Part shown: positions 1 to 12,315 of the stretch, one piece after another
How positions within the stretch are numbered: the first letter of the stretch is position 1
Layout of the letters: each line of letters opens with the position of its first letter
Origin: Somniosus microcephalus
Lineage: Eukaryota
Length of the DNA: 64,000 nt
Direction: 5' to 3'
Assembly: GCA_052327205.1 (NCBI GenBank)
Contig: CM126214.1
Location: 29,202,001-29,266,000 of the forward strand
Program-made: the position numbers and the translations under genes
The notes under the pieces: model-generated
What the model saw: the letters and a program-made list of their open reading frames with translations, nothing else
The model's database searches: none
What the model was told of the DNA's origin: nothing

Positions 1-542
1 ACAAAAACCTTGTTGGAATTAAAATAACTCTTGAATTTCCAATTAAGTATGCCTTTTCTTGCCCAATGTACCAAACCCAGTCACGTGATGAGAGAACGTA
101 TTTAAGTACAGGTGAAATGTCTTGCAGATGTACCAAAATGTTCCACAAATTTATGTTGTCCGTGCTTATATGGAGGTGAAGTACAGGCTTGCGCACAATT
201 ATCAAGAAAGGTGTAAGATTTAATGGCATGAACCATAAAGTGTGAAGTTGTAATGTTTTCTGTATAAAAGGTAACTTAATTTACCGTGCGAGTAATAGCT
301 TTTATCAGTGCCTCTTAAATGATTTTTTACTTAAAAGTGAGCCAAGCTTTTTAAACTGCGTTGCTTATCAAGTTGCAGCCTTCAAAATTGTGTGAATATT
401 AATTCCTTCTACTATCATAGTATATTGTTAGTAGTCAATGCTTTTGTACAGTTCAAGTATTTGAAGTTCACCGTGTGATTGCCTCAATGACTTGCACTTG
501 ATACTGTGTACTTGAGGGATGTTTTTATTGTATTTTGGTCAG

Positions 543-775
543 TAGTCAAGATGATGACGAACACCTTCCCCCAGAGCAAAAAGCAGAAAGAGAGCGGGAG
601 AGGAGAGTAGCTAATAATGCTCGTGAACGCCTTCGTGTGCGTGACATCAATGAGGCCTTCAAGGAACTTGGACGCATGTGTCAACTCCACCTTAACAATG
701 ACAAGCCACAGACAAAACTGCTTATTCTCCACCAGGCTGTGTCAGTCATTCTCAACTTGGAACAACAAGTCAGAG
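543..775 (+). CDS. TCF3: TCF3/E2A mutually exclusive bHLH exon, E12 isoform
   Basis: Translates (S)[77 protein letters not shown], the E12-type bHLH. Acceptor AG at 541-542, donor GTCAGT at 776; 233 nt. Confidence 0.95.
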
Positions 776-1199
776 GTCAGTTGGTCATAGTGATATCAAC
801 TGGCATGGGGCTGTCTGTACTTGTGAAATAAAACATGCCTAAAGGCTTGTCTTCCCCATTCATTCTCAAGATGCCAATCCTATTTTATACAACTCTAGCA
901 CTTGCATGCAATGCATGTCATTTGTCCTAGCATTTTATTTCACAGCAAATTAGATATAAAATGAACAATCAGTTTCGCGTTCGTGCTTTTCTTAACCGCT
1001 TAAATGGTGAAGGTGGCACGAGCTTGATGCTTATGGTTTTTTTTATACAGTTTGTGAAACAGTACATGCAGGCATGTCTGGTCCAGAAGTTTTACCCAGC
1101 ATAATTTGGGGAAAAAAATAAGATGACTAAATAAATAAAAATTTGCCCTGGACTGAGAGCCATTCAAAACTCATTCATCAAAAATTCTGTACAACAGCT

Positions 1200-1530
1200 C
1201 CCTGCTAATGAGGTGTAGACTTATACCAAACCGACCAGAAGGCTACCGGTTTCATTCCCAGTTAGCTGATCTCAGGCGGGGCAGCGGTACCCTTGGGCTA
1301 AGGAAGAGAAACTATTAGACCGGTTCCTGCACCCGATTTCTGTCCGTTGGGCACCGCTTGATACGTACACCTCCGGAAATTGCACGAAGACAGGATTGGG
1401 CTTGCCCGTGATGCAACATAGTCAAATAGCCTTGCACAATGAAAATAGGCATTTGGGCAAGTTACCAGAGGCCTACTGGTACTCGCAAGAGTCGCCACCT
1501 TCAGATGAGGAGGGGGAAGAAAAGGAAAGG
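1200..1530 (+). repeat. Ancient SINE-like interspersed repeat (decayed)
   Basis: Shares scattered motifs (GTTAGCTGA, GGATTGGGCT, AATAGCC, purine-rich end) with about 7075-7410, 8330-8670, 40125-40400 and 42950-43200. Family not identified. Confidence 0.4.
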
Positions 1531-3720
1531 ACATTGGGAGAAGGAGAGAAGATGCTACATAATGTTGTTCTTCACACACTTGCTGCTGGAAAGTAGCGCC
1601 TCACTGCAAGTTGTGAAGAAGTTGAACGCAATCTTTTTGTGTTCTCTTCACCGCATCCCCTTTTTTTGGATTTTTTTTTTTTTTTTTACTGAATTTGCCT
1701 TCTATATCCCAGTTGACATGTGTGGCTGTACATATGCGAAGCCTAATTTTGAAGAGCAGTAAATGTTGATTACTCTTCTAGCTAAATTAACATCACTTTC
1801 ATCACACCTCAAACAATTTATAAAACCTGTGAAATTCCAAGAGTAACATCAGGAAAGAAATGACTGCATGATAATTTGTTAGTCCATATTATTGGGCTGC
1901 ATTCGGCCTCCATGCTTTTGAAGGTTGCCCAAAGGTTAACCTGGAGTCCTTGGTCCTCTTAAACATGACATCTTTGCTTAATTACTATGTCATTTAGTGT
2001 TTCTGTTGCACCTACTTAGAGGTGTCTTGGGTTATAGGGTCTGGAGAATATTTCCTATCCATCTTGCCCTCCACCTTGCTTCTGTGCTCTTCTTATCCCC
2101 TCTCCAGCCCTCCAAATTAAGTGCATGCTATGTATAGACATCTTGGCATACTCGTGCAGTTTAACATTTCCTTTGCAGTTCACTATAAACTTGGATTTGG
2201 GAGTGTTTGCATACAGCCAGCTTTTGCTCTTAGTCATGTTCTTTTGTCTGACTTCTGTAACAAATGTTTTCTGCTCTCCTGTTCTTAGCTTGGATGGTCC
2301 CAAGCCATGGTCACTCACTGGTTCCATTCTGACCTCGTACTTGCTGCTTGGCAGTGTTCAAAGCAGGAAATTGATACAAAATGTATGAATTATTCGATCT
2401 GACATGTCTGGCAGCTCTGATTTTATTGCTGATACTATAACCGTTCCAAGTTCTGATTTACCTGGGGTACTGGCTCTCTAAAATGTTAGGTTTCTACAAC
2501 TAACAAATTTACCGGACTTCTGTCCTAACCAGACCCTGTTTAAATTATAAAAGCATGCCTCAAGTTTCTTCTAGCTACCCCGAGCATTTAAAGGTGAGAT
2601 ATATAATTCCTAGTTGGCCTCACTTTGCACACCAGGCAAATAGCAGGCAGCTATTACAAAATATAGTTAGTAGATAATACAAATTGGCATAGTGTGTCAG
2701 GATGGTAGTTGCAAATAATCAAGGAAAGATAGCAAGGGGGTAAAAGTGAGAAAGGGAACATGGACGCGAGAAACAGAGCAATGTTGAAAGAAAAATCCAG
2801 CAAAGTCAAGTTTAAGAAACGAATAGGGTTAAGAAATTAAGAAAAATGAGTAGACTAGCACCCCCTGTGAAGTGTTGATGCAGATTAAGGAAATACTTGA
2901 TAGATTTATAAAGTTAGGTTGAGCTGTTGGAAATTTTGGGCTTTGAGTTGCTGGTTAGTTTTAGCTATCGCAATGAAAGGACCAATTCTGGCAGCTAAAA
3001 ATCCATTTTGAAGGGCTCGTAATAAGTGCAGAAAAGCCAAATCTGACAATAATTGGGCGCATCAGGATTTGGACATAAGCACTTCATAATTAAGAGCAGC
3101 TTTTTAAAAATAAAAATAAATTCTGTAAGTAAATTGCCTTTACTTTTGGGAGAATTTGAATCTGGCAAATGCTACTGATTTCATACTACCTTATTTTCAG
3201 TTTACATTTATTCTGGATCGATTCCAACCCTTGCAAGAGAATCTAAACAGTTACGGAAATGAATTGAGCAATTGATACAGTAGCTGCTCTTTCTCGTAAA
3301 TTTATAAAGACGTCGTTATGTGTGTGAGACTTTAGTATGTACATAGCAACTTCTTAGGGTTATATAATCTCCTGTACCTATCTCTTTTAGCAGTTTGCTC
3401 TGGGTGTGACAGTTTATTGCTTCAAAGGTTAAAAGGCAGTATATCCTTTTGTTGGCTTCCTTGGTTATATCTATTTACCACATCTGTTTGCAGTACTCTG
3501 GCATCTCACTCCACCAAAGTTAGCGAATTCAGAAATACAAACTGGTTTATTAAAACAAATTTGAGCACCTGATGAAGTTTTAAATTTTAAGCTACAAAAA
3601 AGGTGCATTGTATTACATAGGTTCGATAGCATTTATATCTTTATGCGCCTACAAAAGGATTACGGCTTCTTTAAAATTGCCATCCCTAACTAACACCTGT
3701 TCGCACTGTGAACCCTGCAG

Positions 3721-3944
3721 TACTGATGAAGGCTTTACAGGTGAAGAAAAAGAGATGAAGGACCGTGAAAGGCGAATGGCAAATAATGTCAGGGAGCGAA
3801 TTCGCATCAGAGACATTAATGAGGCTTTCAAAGAGTTGGGCCGCATGTGTCAGATGCACTTAAAAACTGATAAAGCTCAAACCAAACTGATCATCCTGCA
3901 GCAGGCCGTCCAGGTCATTCTCGGCCTTGAACAGCAAGTACGAG
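3721..3944 (+). CDS. TCF3: TCF3/E2A mutually exclusive bHLH exon, E47 isoform
   Basis: Translates (S)[74 protein letters not shown], with E47-diagnostic STDE and [12 protein letters not shown]. Acceptor CAG at 3718-3720, donor GT at 3945; 224 nt, same phases as the E12 exon. Confidence 0.95.
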
Positions 3945-5178
3945 GTAGTGTACAGTAACTAACGTTGTGCTGAGAGCAAACACTGACTGTTCCTGCCATT
4001 TTAAATGTGTTGTACTGATTACCACCAAGAACATTTAGACCAGTTGGAACTAGGGTAACCTCAGTGTTGAAAATGTATCTGTGAATTAACTTTAATCAAC
4101 TTTGACTTTTTGTAGTACACTTTTTTTTAGAAAATTCTTTATTACAAGTTCATTATAATTTCATGAACACTGGTAAGTCTGGAATTGTAGAAATTTGTAC
4201 ATTAGCACTTTTTAAATGAAATGGCACATTGTTTCTTAGTTGTGAAGTGAGTTTGCTAAAACCTGTTGCGTTGTAAATCTCATTTTGATCACTTAGCCGT
4301 CATGCAGCCAAAATGCTTGACGGTAACAAATGAGACTTTCTTTTAATTTGGGAAAAGGTGGTGAAGGGCCAAGGTCTAAAATGCAAGACGCCACCAAGAT
4401 TGAAAAAAAAGTAGGCGAGAAAACGAGGTAAATATGGAAAGTAGTGGTTAGATAATGCCAAGCTTGGATTTTTTTAAAGCTGAAGACTGAGGAAGATGAA
4501 GCGTTCCTGGGAAAGAATGTGTTAGAGCAGATGAGTCTCGATTTCAACACCGTGAGGGTGCAGGACAAAGGACTTATGTATGTGCAGTCCCAAAATTGTT
4601 TATGTTCTTGATGAATCACTTGCACACACACAATCTAAATGCTCTCCTCTTCTTCCCTTACCCAAAAAGTAAATCAAATGCATTGTTGTGTTGGCATGGT
4701 TTCTCTACCTGACTTGAAATTGTTTGAATTTTGGGTGGAGGAAGGGTGAGACAGTGGTTTGTAGTTGAAAGGATTCAAGACCTGGCCAGGAGCATTTCCC
4801 CACTACTCCTCCTCCTGAAAGTGGTAATTTATGGTGGCAGGAGTGCCAGCAGTCTTCTAGTATTTCATCCAAGTGGCCATTGTCTTGTGTGTGTGTGAGC
4901 CTGAACTGTGGCCAAATTCAATCTTGCCTTCATCTGACCTCTGCACAGACTTCCAGCAGGAGTTGCAGGATACCCTGCCATGATACAACATCATGTGGTA
5001 TATTTAGCTATAGAGTCAACAAGGCAGCTCTTCTGCGTTCCAACAAAACTGAAAGGAAGACCAACCAGATTGTACTAACCAGTTGGAAACCAAGAGTACA
5101 GTTTTACAGAACAGGTGTTTCAAAAGTTTGATGCAGGAAATATTTGATTCTTGGGGCATTCAGGCTAAGTTAAGAGAG

Positions 5179-5833
5179 ATTTTGGAAATTCAGTTGTTTG
5201 CGCCTCCCGTTAGCGCCTTAAGAGGGCGCTAATGGGGCGCAAAGCAACTAGCGCCTGGGCGCAGCTGTTTGCGTTGCTCGCAAAATTAACTAGACATTTT
5301 GCGGCAGCACTAAACACTACTGACACGATCTCCTGCGCCCGCAGATCGTGACATCAGTTGAGTGTGTAGCGCCCCGGACCTGATATTGAGTGGTGCCTCC
5401 TGCCTTACCGCCTGCCGCTAGCAATGACAGGTTGAGGGGAGCATTTTGCAGTCAGGAAGGGACTGGGGGAGCGCTATTTAAAGGCGACCGCTTCCTGCCT
5501 TTTTTTGTTGGTGACATTTTTGCACCACGCATTCTGAGACACACACTTCTGGAGAGATTCAACGCTGTGTGAAGGAGTTTTGGGTACTGTGCAGCACTTT
5601 GCAGGTTCATTTTGATTTGCCCTTCCTTGCTTCACCAGCGCTCTGAGGCAGTGCCTCGCTCCTCGGCCTTTGCGCCTTAAGACCGGTGTGAAGCGCCTGA
5701 TTTAGCGCTCCAATCACCTCCAGGGGCGATAAAAGCTAAGTTTGCTGTCGGAGGCGATAATTAGCGCCAGGTGCTAAACTTTGCGCACGGCCAATAATGG
5801 CGCCCCAAACGGGGCGATACTGAATTTTTCCCC
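5179..5833. mobile_element. GC-rich non-autonomous DNA element
   Basis: Imperfect inverted ends GAAATTCAG / CTGAATTTT; many GCGCC/GGCGC subterminal motifs shared with the adjacent element. Confidence 0.55.
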
Positions 5834-5928
5834 TTATGAGAAATGGGAATATTCTAGAATTGAGGACGAGAACCAGTACCGAACAATCTGAGGACATGCT
5901 TGCATTCACAATGTAGTTTAAACATAAT

Positions 5929-6621
5929 GGCCTAGAAATTGGGTTGAGGCGCCAAAGTTCACCTGGGTGCTGTTTTTTGCGCAGCGTTTGGAGCATTAAC
6001 GAACGTCAGAAATTCAGTTTCAGCGCCCCTAGAGGGAGACGGGGCGAGGCTCGAGGCGCTCCGCGCCCTTCTTAGGGCGCTGAAACTGAATATCGCAGCG
6101 CAACGTGCCGCAGCGCCACATGCTGCGGCACAGCACGCTGCGGTACTGCAGGCCTTCCTCCCATTGTTAAGGGGGAGGGGCCTGCAACAGCGCGATCCCC
6201 GATCGCGAGTGCTGGCAAAAGAGCCCGGCACCGAGAAGTGCCGGGCTCTCGGGAAACAGCCAGCAATGCTGCGGGGGGAGGGGGGTGGTCAGGAGGCCGG
6301 GGATGGAGGTGCTGGCAGGCGGCCGCCGAAAAAGGCGGCTGCCCCGCACCTCCACCTTAACTTGCGCCACTGCCGGCACAGCAAGGCCCCGTGAACCGGG
6401 CGTGGGTAGCGAACGGCGCTACAGCGGCGTTCGCTACCAAATATCGCGAATGGGGCACTGCGCACACCGATGACGTCATCGGTGGTGGCGCAGCGCAACA
6501 GGCTAACTCCACCATTCGCGCCCCCGCTGAATATCGCGGGAGGCGCGGCCAGTGGCGCTACAGCCACTGACTGCCCTCTTTAGGCGCTAATAGGTGGCGC
6601 AACATACCCAATTTCTCCCCC
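5929..6621. mobile_element. GC/CpG-rich MITE with 3-bp TSD (PIF/Harbinger-like)
   Basis: AAT|GGCCTAGAAATTGGG ... CCCAATTTCTCCCCC|AAT. Confidence 0.7.
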
Positions 6622-6870
6622 AATGTGTTGAAGACTACTATGAAGTGCATTATAGCCACTGCAGCTAATGGAGTAATCTCTAAAATTATTTATTTTTTGA
6701 GGTTATTTTTAGACTTCATTTCATCTTTTAATTACCATATTCAAAAATAGCAGTTAATGCAATGTCTCCAACACTGCACCACATTATTGTCCCATTGAGA
6801 TACCTGTACTGTGTTGTACTGCTCTTCCCGAGAGAGAATTTTTTAATTCAGCCCCACCAAATATTATGAG

Positions 6871-7004
6871 CAATGTTCCCTGTAATTATTTTTGACGCTG
6901 CACGGGCCATTCAAAATACAGCGCATAGGCAGTTTTTGCATCGAAAAGCCGGCTGCGCGGGGTCCCTGGAGCGCTGCACACCACGCAGCTTAAAGGGAAT
7001 ATTG
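6871..7004. mobile_element. hAT-type MITE
   Basis: TIRs CAATGTTCCCT / AGGGAATATTG; 8-bp TSD ATTATGAG / GTTATGAG. Confidence 0.8.
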
Positions 7005-8039
7005 GTTATGAGGTCTGTGTATATAAAAATTCAGTATTCCTTCCTGATCGTGCAATAGGTAGATGGGCCTTGTATGATACTGAGCCATAGAGTTAGGAAA
7101 TTTCTTGAGTTCTATCCCTAGTCTGAGGTGAGGTAACTGATTGAAGGTGAGGCAATTTGGCTGATTTTCCACTTTCTAATTCAGGGATACCATTGCTGGA
7201 GTCCCTGCTTCTGATAACTATCTGGGAACCCCTACTACAAAATGTGTGTGTAAACATTAGCTGTTACAATTAAGACTCGTCTGTCATGCCCTCTCCCCTA
7301 CAGTTGAATAGCCTGCCAACAGTCATTTTCTGGGCTCACATACTTATAATTACCACTTTGACGAAGTACCTACAGGAGGTGCCATTGAAACCATAGCCAG
7401 CGGGTGGAAGGAAAAGTTCAATTCCCTCCCCTTTAAAAGCATTCAGCAGCCTTGGAGTGAATTGATTGGATATGTGAGGGTGTTGGTAACCGCATCGCAA
7501 TAGATTGTATACCAACTGCTGGAACATTTTCAGTCTAACATTGTTTTCAGAAAATACAAAATGATTTGTATTAAATCTTTTGTTACCCTTTTATGAATAT
7601 TTTTGTATTGAATTAAAGCACAATTATATGGTTTATATATGATTCAAAAATATTCTTTGTTACATTTTGTATCATCAATCAGCGATCTGGCACTTGACAT
7701 TTTTCCTTACAAATTGAATACTTCGTGCAGAATGAAACACCTTTTGCTTCTCTATACAGATTATGCTACTTTAAATGCAGTGAAGCAGAACGATGCTTTC
7801 ACTACCTGCTTTTTATGGGAATCTGTAATTTTAAATTTTTGTCTAAAGAAATTAAGTCATTATAGTGTATAGTTCCTAATATATTTTGGGTTTCATTCGA
7901 ATCTTGACACATCTTTTAATTTTGTGAAAGGAAATGGATTGTAGTGAAGAATATATCAAAGGGTTGATGCCTAGATGTTTGTGTTTTATTATAGTTTGTA
8001 TTTTTTTATTTGAGTTTTTCTATATTGTTTCATCTCTAG

Positions 8040-8182
8040 AACGTAATTTGAATCCTAAAGCTGCCTGCCTTAAACGAAGGGAAGAGGAGAAGGTATCTGC
8101 AGTAGTAGGAGAGCAGCCACTGCCCCTTTCAGCTGCACATCCTGGTCTCGGAGATAATCACAATGCAGTGAGCCACATGTAG
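8040..8182 (+). CDS. TCF3: TCF3 last coding exon
   Basis: (E)[46 protein letters not shown]. Acceptor AG at 8038-8039, stop TAG at 8180-8182, donor GTAAA at 8186 just after the stop. Confidence 0.95.
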
Positions 8183-9490
8183 GAGGTAAAATGTTACTCT
8201 GTAGAATGTGAGAGAAACTCATTTTTATGAATTTGATTAAAGTTATAAGTAGTGTAAACTGGTACAACTCAGTTCAGGTACTTCAGACTGTCATGTTTTC
8301 CCCCTTAACTGGCCTCAAAATAAACTTTTGTGCTAAAGGGCTCCCTGATGGGGCAGTGAATAATTGTACTGTTAATATTGAGTGGATCTCGGGTGGTCAG
8401 ACTCTACAGTTTGCCTTGGATCAGCAGGAGAAAAGTTGGCCAAGCTCCCTGATCTTGGTGGCTAATCTAGTGGTCCCTGCTGTAAAGCGCATACATGTAG
8501 GATTGGGCTGACTACGATGCCTCCTTCTTATGGTGGCACACCCTGCTGATAGCCGCTGGCTAGGCTCCTACATGAAGAATGACACTTCGGTTAAGTGCCA
8601 GAGATCTGTTGGTACCTTTGGAACAATGTTCCAATATGAGTCACTGCCTTTAGAAGAGGAGGGAAGGCATTTTTGTGGGTTAAAAATAAGTTTTCTATCT
8701 CAATTCATGTATTTTCACTCCTTTGAATATAAAATTGTGTAATACTTGTTTAACCCTGATAAGTTTTTAAGAGACCAAATAAAGTTATCTTTTCAACAGA
8801 TACAAATTGCATTTATATAGCGCCTTCAGTGTAGAAAAGACTGCATCATTTGAATTTGTCCAGTCTAACAAAGTAAGCAGATTAGTAACTTAACAATTTC
8901 CATTTGAGAATATAAAAAATTTTAGGAACAGGAAAATATCATTGGCACCAACAAGTTTGTCCCATTTTTGTAAATTCTCCCTCCTTCCCTCAATTTAATT
9001 ATCACCTTGAAGCTATTATTATTGTCACTTCACTGGCCTCCCCCGTAACTTACTCCACAACTCTTATTATACTTTGTGTGGAGAAAAACTTCACCTGCCG
9101 TTTGAAGTTTTTGTTTCCTCTGGTATTTGAAACCTTCATCACCGTGAACAATTTCCTTGGATCACTTTTGTCCATTTCCTTCATAATTTTGAAAACTTCA
9201 ATTGGATCACTTAAAGTCTCTTTCCAAACCCCCCCCCCCCCCCAAAAAAAAAACTGCCTTTTAACTTTAATTCCTGTTTCAGTGTAGTATGTATAATTTT
9301 GTAATGGAACATTTTTACTAATTTACTCTGAATTAATGATGTGACCATTTTGCAGAGAATTGGTTTCGCTGAGCTTTATAGAAATCTATGCAGTATTGCT
9401 TATAGTACGTGAATTTGCGTGTAGACCATTGCTAAAATGCTGTGCACAATGGTAAAATCCTCTAACGATTAACTTTTCTTTTCCCCCCAG

Positions 9491-11380
9491 CTCTATCTGC
9501 CTGGTTTAACTGAAGGTGGTGAGCAAGAGGGACACGTCATCTGTCATCTTTCTCCTTAAGGAAGAAACCTTGTTCTGCCAAAAAGATGATAAACTGACAA
9601 ATCCTTTCTGGATCAGAATTGCAAATGTGAACATGTGCATTTGCCATATCTATCTAAAAAGGGGGGAAAGTCGACACATATCGTTGAAGTACTGGATCTC
9701 TGTGCTGCAAAAAAGGTTTTTTCTACAGCCCAAAGAAAAAATCTTCCCCACAGTGGAAAAAAAGGAGTTTAGTGCCTAAGCTTATTTTAAATCCCAGTAT
9801 GTTTTAATGAAACTTACAAGGATGTGAGGTTGTTTTGGAACAAAATTTCAAAAGTCCTTTTTTGCTTGTTTTGTAAGCAATTGGTCTTATTGTTTAAAAA
9901 GAAAACTTTTGGTGTCCTTGGTTTGCAGCATTCCCAGCAAAAATATTTGTCTTACTCAATTGACACATGACCACTCCATGTCTCCCTGGTAGTTGGCTGG
10001 GAGGGATTGTTAGCCAACGGACAAAATATTCTACAGAGCTTCTCTTGCCCTGCCTTTACGATCAGGTATATCTGGAGGGCCAACATAATGAGTGCATTAC
10101 AAAAGCTAGTTCATTCATTTGTAGGGAGTTATTTTATGTAAAATGAGCAAAACTATATTTTTGCATTATTAGACTTTACATTGTAGTTTTTTAAGGTAGC
10201 TGGGCATAGTGTGTACTTAGAAATTGAAAGGTCTTTGAAGACTTTCATATTGCAACAGATATTGTTGCAGATTCTAGGTATTGTATGACCATAGGTTTGT
10301 CATGAACTTATTCAAGAGTGGGAAAAATTTCCACATTTTGTAGGATTCCTGCACAATGTACTGTTTAAATGTTTAAGATTCATATGAATTGGTTGTGGAA
10401 TCTAATAAGGATGTGAGCAACTTGTGTAACAGTGGCTTGCATTATGCCAAGCTGAATTCATTTCTGCAGCAGCCTGTGTACTGTGGAAACGAACCCATTG
10501 CAAATAAAACACGGAATCAGTCTTCCACTGAGAACATATTCACAGACTTTCACCAGCCAAGCAGAAGACACAGTACTTTTGACATAACTTTTTTTATTTT
10601 TAAAAAAAAAGATGTGAACAAGTGGAAAACGGGCAACAAAACCGTGGGACTGAATGAACAAAATTTTTGACATTTTAGGGTAAAATGCCTGACATTTCTA
10701 GAACTGCATTAAATATTGTGCAGTGACATTTCTCAGCTCATTTTGAGTATTGCAGATGTATGTAATAGTTAAAAAAAATTACATGTGGCCTTTTCATTCT
10801 TGTACTTGTGATGCAATGTGAACAGAATGAAAAATGACCAGTGCCTAACATTTCATTAAAAGCCTCTTTTTTGTCTAGTGCTTTTTTGCTAAGAAAAGAC
10901 TTGCAGTATACCCTTACAAAGTGAAATTTAAGGAAAAAAGTTGGCTTATTTTCACAACAGCGATCCTTTTATACCATAATTCTTGAAAATGTCTTGGATT
11001 CTGAATGTTACTTTTTGTAGATTTTTACTCGATGTCTGATTCCAGAAGTTTATTTTACTACATTTAGGTAAGGCTTCTTCTAGCACCCATACAGTACTTA
11101 AATGTTGCACAATTAGATTTCTGATTGTGTTGCTGAGTGCCTCAAGTTCCTTGTGTTTTTTTTTGTATTTGTACAAGCATCAAAACAGCTGGCTGGAGTA
11201 TTCAGAAAAGTAGTTTAAATCATTTCCTTTTGTCTTAGTAGCTAATGAGAACTGTCATGTATATAACAGTAATGTAGCAATAAATGTGCCATTTTTATAA
11301 CAGGAATGCCCCTCCTTTTTAATGTCCGTTTAATCTTGTATACCCAATGTCATTGTAATAAAGGGTTTACCTTAAATTTA
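9491..11380 (+). other. TCF3: Probable TCF3 terminal 3'UTR exon
   Basis: Strong acceptor (CTAAC branch-like motif, pyrimidine tract, CAG at 9488-9490). AU-rich sequence with no recognised repeats; AATAAA at 11279-11284 and 11357-11362. The 3' end is approximate. Confidence 0.65.
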
Positions 11381-11828
11381 AAAAAAAAAGAGCTGCCTTT
11401 AACTTTTTCACTGTAAATTAGCAAATATATATTGGGAGAAGAGTATTGTAATTTACATCTGTATCATTTACTTTCACTTTTTATTCATTTTGGAGAATAA
11501 GAGTAGAAAGTACCTTACTCAGAAATGTATGTCTTCTGACCTAATCTCTCTGGTCGCATTATCTGGCAATATACTTTCAAAAGCTTGTAATTACACCGAT
11601 TTGCTCGTTTGTAACTTTTTGTACATATTGATTGTGTCAGTTATGGCTTGTTAATTGAAGGATAATGTTGACCTTTAAAATTATTTGTAAAGTACTTGAG
11701 ATTTGAAGCTTTGCTACAGGTCAGTGGCTATGATTTTTTTTTTCAGCAAGTCCACCCAAAAAAATCTCCATTGGTTATGGATACTGGTACTGAAATATCT
11801 GCTCTCATTCTCATTGTCTTTCTCTTTC

Positions 11829-11835
<7 letters not shown>

Positions 11836-11887
<52 letters not shown>
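11836..11887. repeat. (CT)n microsatellite
   Basis: Uninterrupted CT run. Confidence 0.95.
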
Positions 11888-11890
<3 letters not shown>

Positions 11891-11897
11891 GAAGTGT

Positions 11898-12315
11898 AAG
11901 CCTTGGCTCAGTGATAGCACTCTTGCCTCTGAGGCAGATGTTGTGGGTTCAAGACCCACTCCAGAGACTTCAGCACGTAATCTCAGTTGACACCAATACT
12001 GTACTGAGAGTGCTGCGCTGTTGGCAGTATCTTCTTTCGGATGAGATGTTAAACTGAGGCCACATCTAACCCCTCGGGTGGACATAAAAGATCCCATTGC
12101 ACTATTTGAAGAAGAGCAAAGGGAGCTTCATGTCTAAACCTAGTGACCTGGTCAATATTTATCCCACAACCATCATTACTAAAACAAATCTTGTGGGACC
12201 TTGCTGTGTGAAAATTGCCTGCTGCATTTCATTTCCTTACATCACAACTGTAACGACACTTCAAAAGTATTTCATTGGCTGTAAAGTACTTTGGGACATC
12301 TTGAGGTTGTGAAAT
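11898..12315 (+). mobile_element. tRNA-headed Deu-domain SINE (SacSINE1/AmnSINE1-related)
   Basis: Box A TGGCTCAGTGAT, box B GGTTCAAGACC, Deu-like core GGATGAGATGTTAAACTGAGG..AAAGATCCCATTGCAC, and a tail shared with local L2 ends. Confidence 0.75.

Noticed and set aside
5390-6567. Cluster of overlapping GC-rich ORFs
   Set aside because: They fall inside non-autonomous transposons; stop-poor because of GC content, with no recognisable domain.
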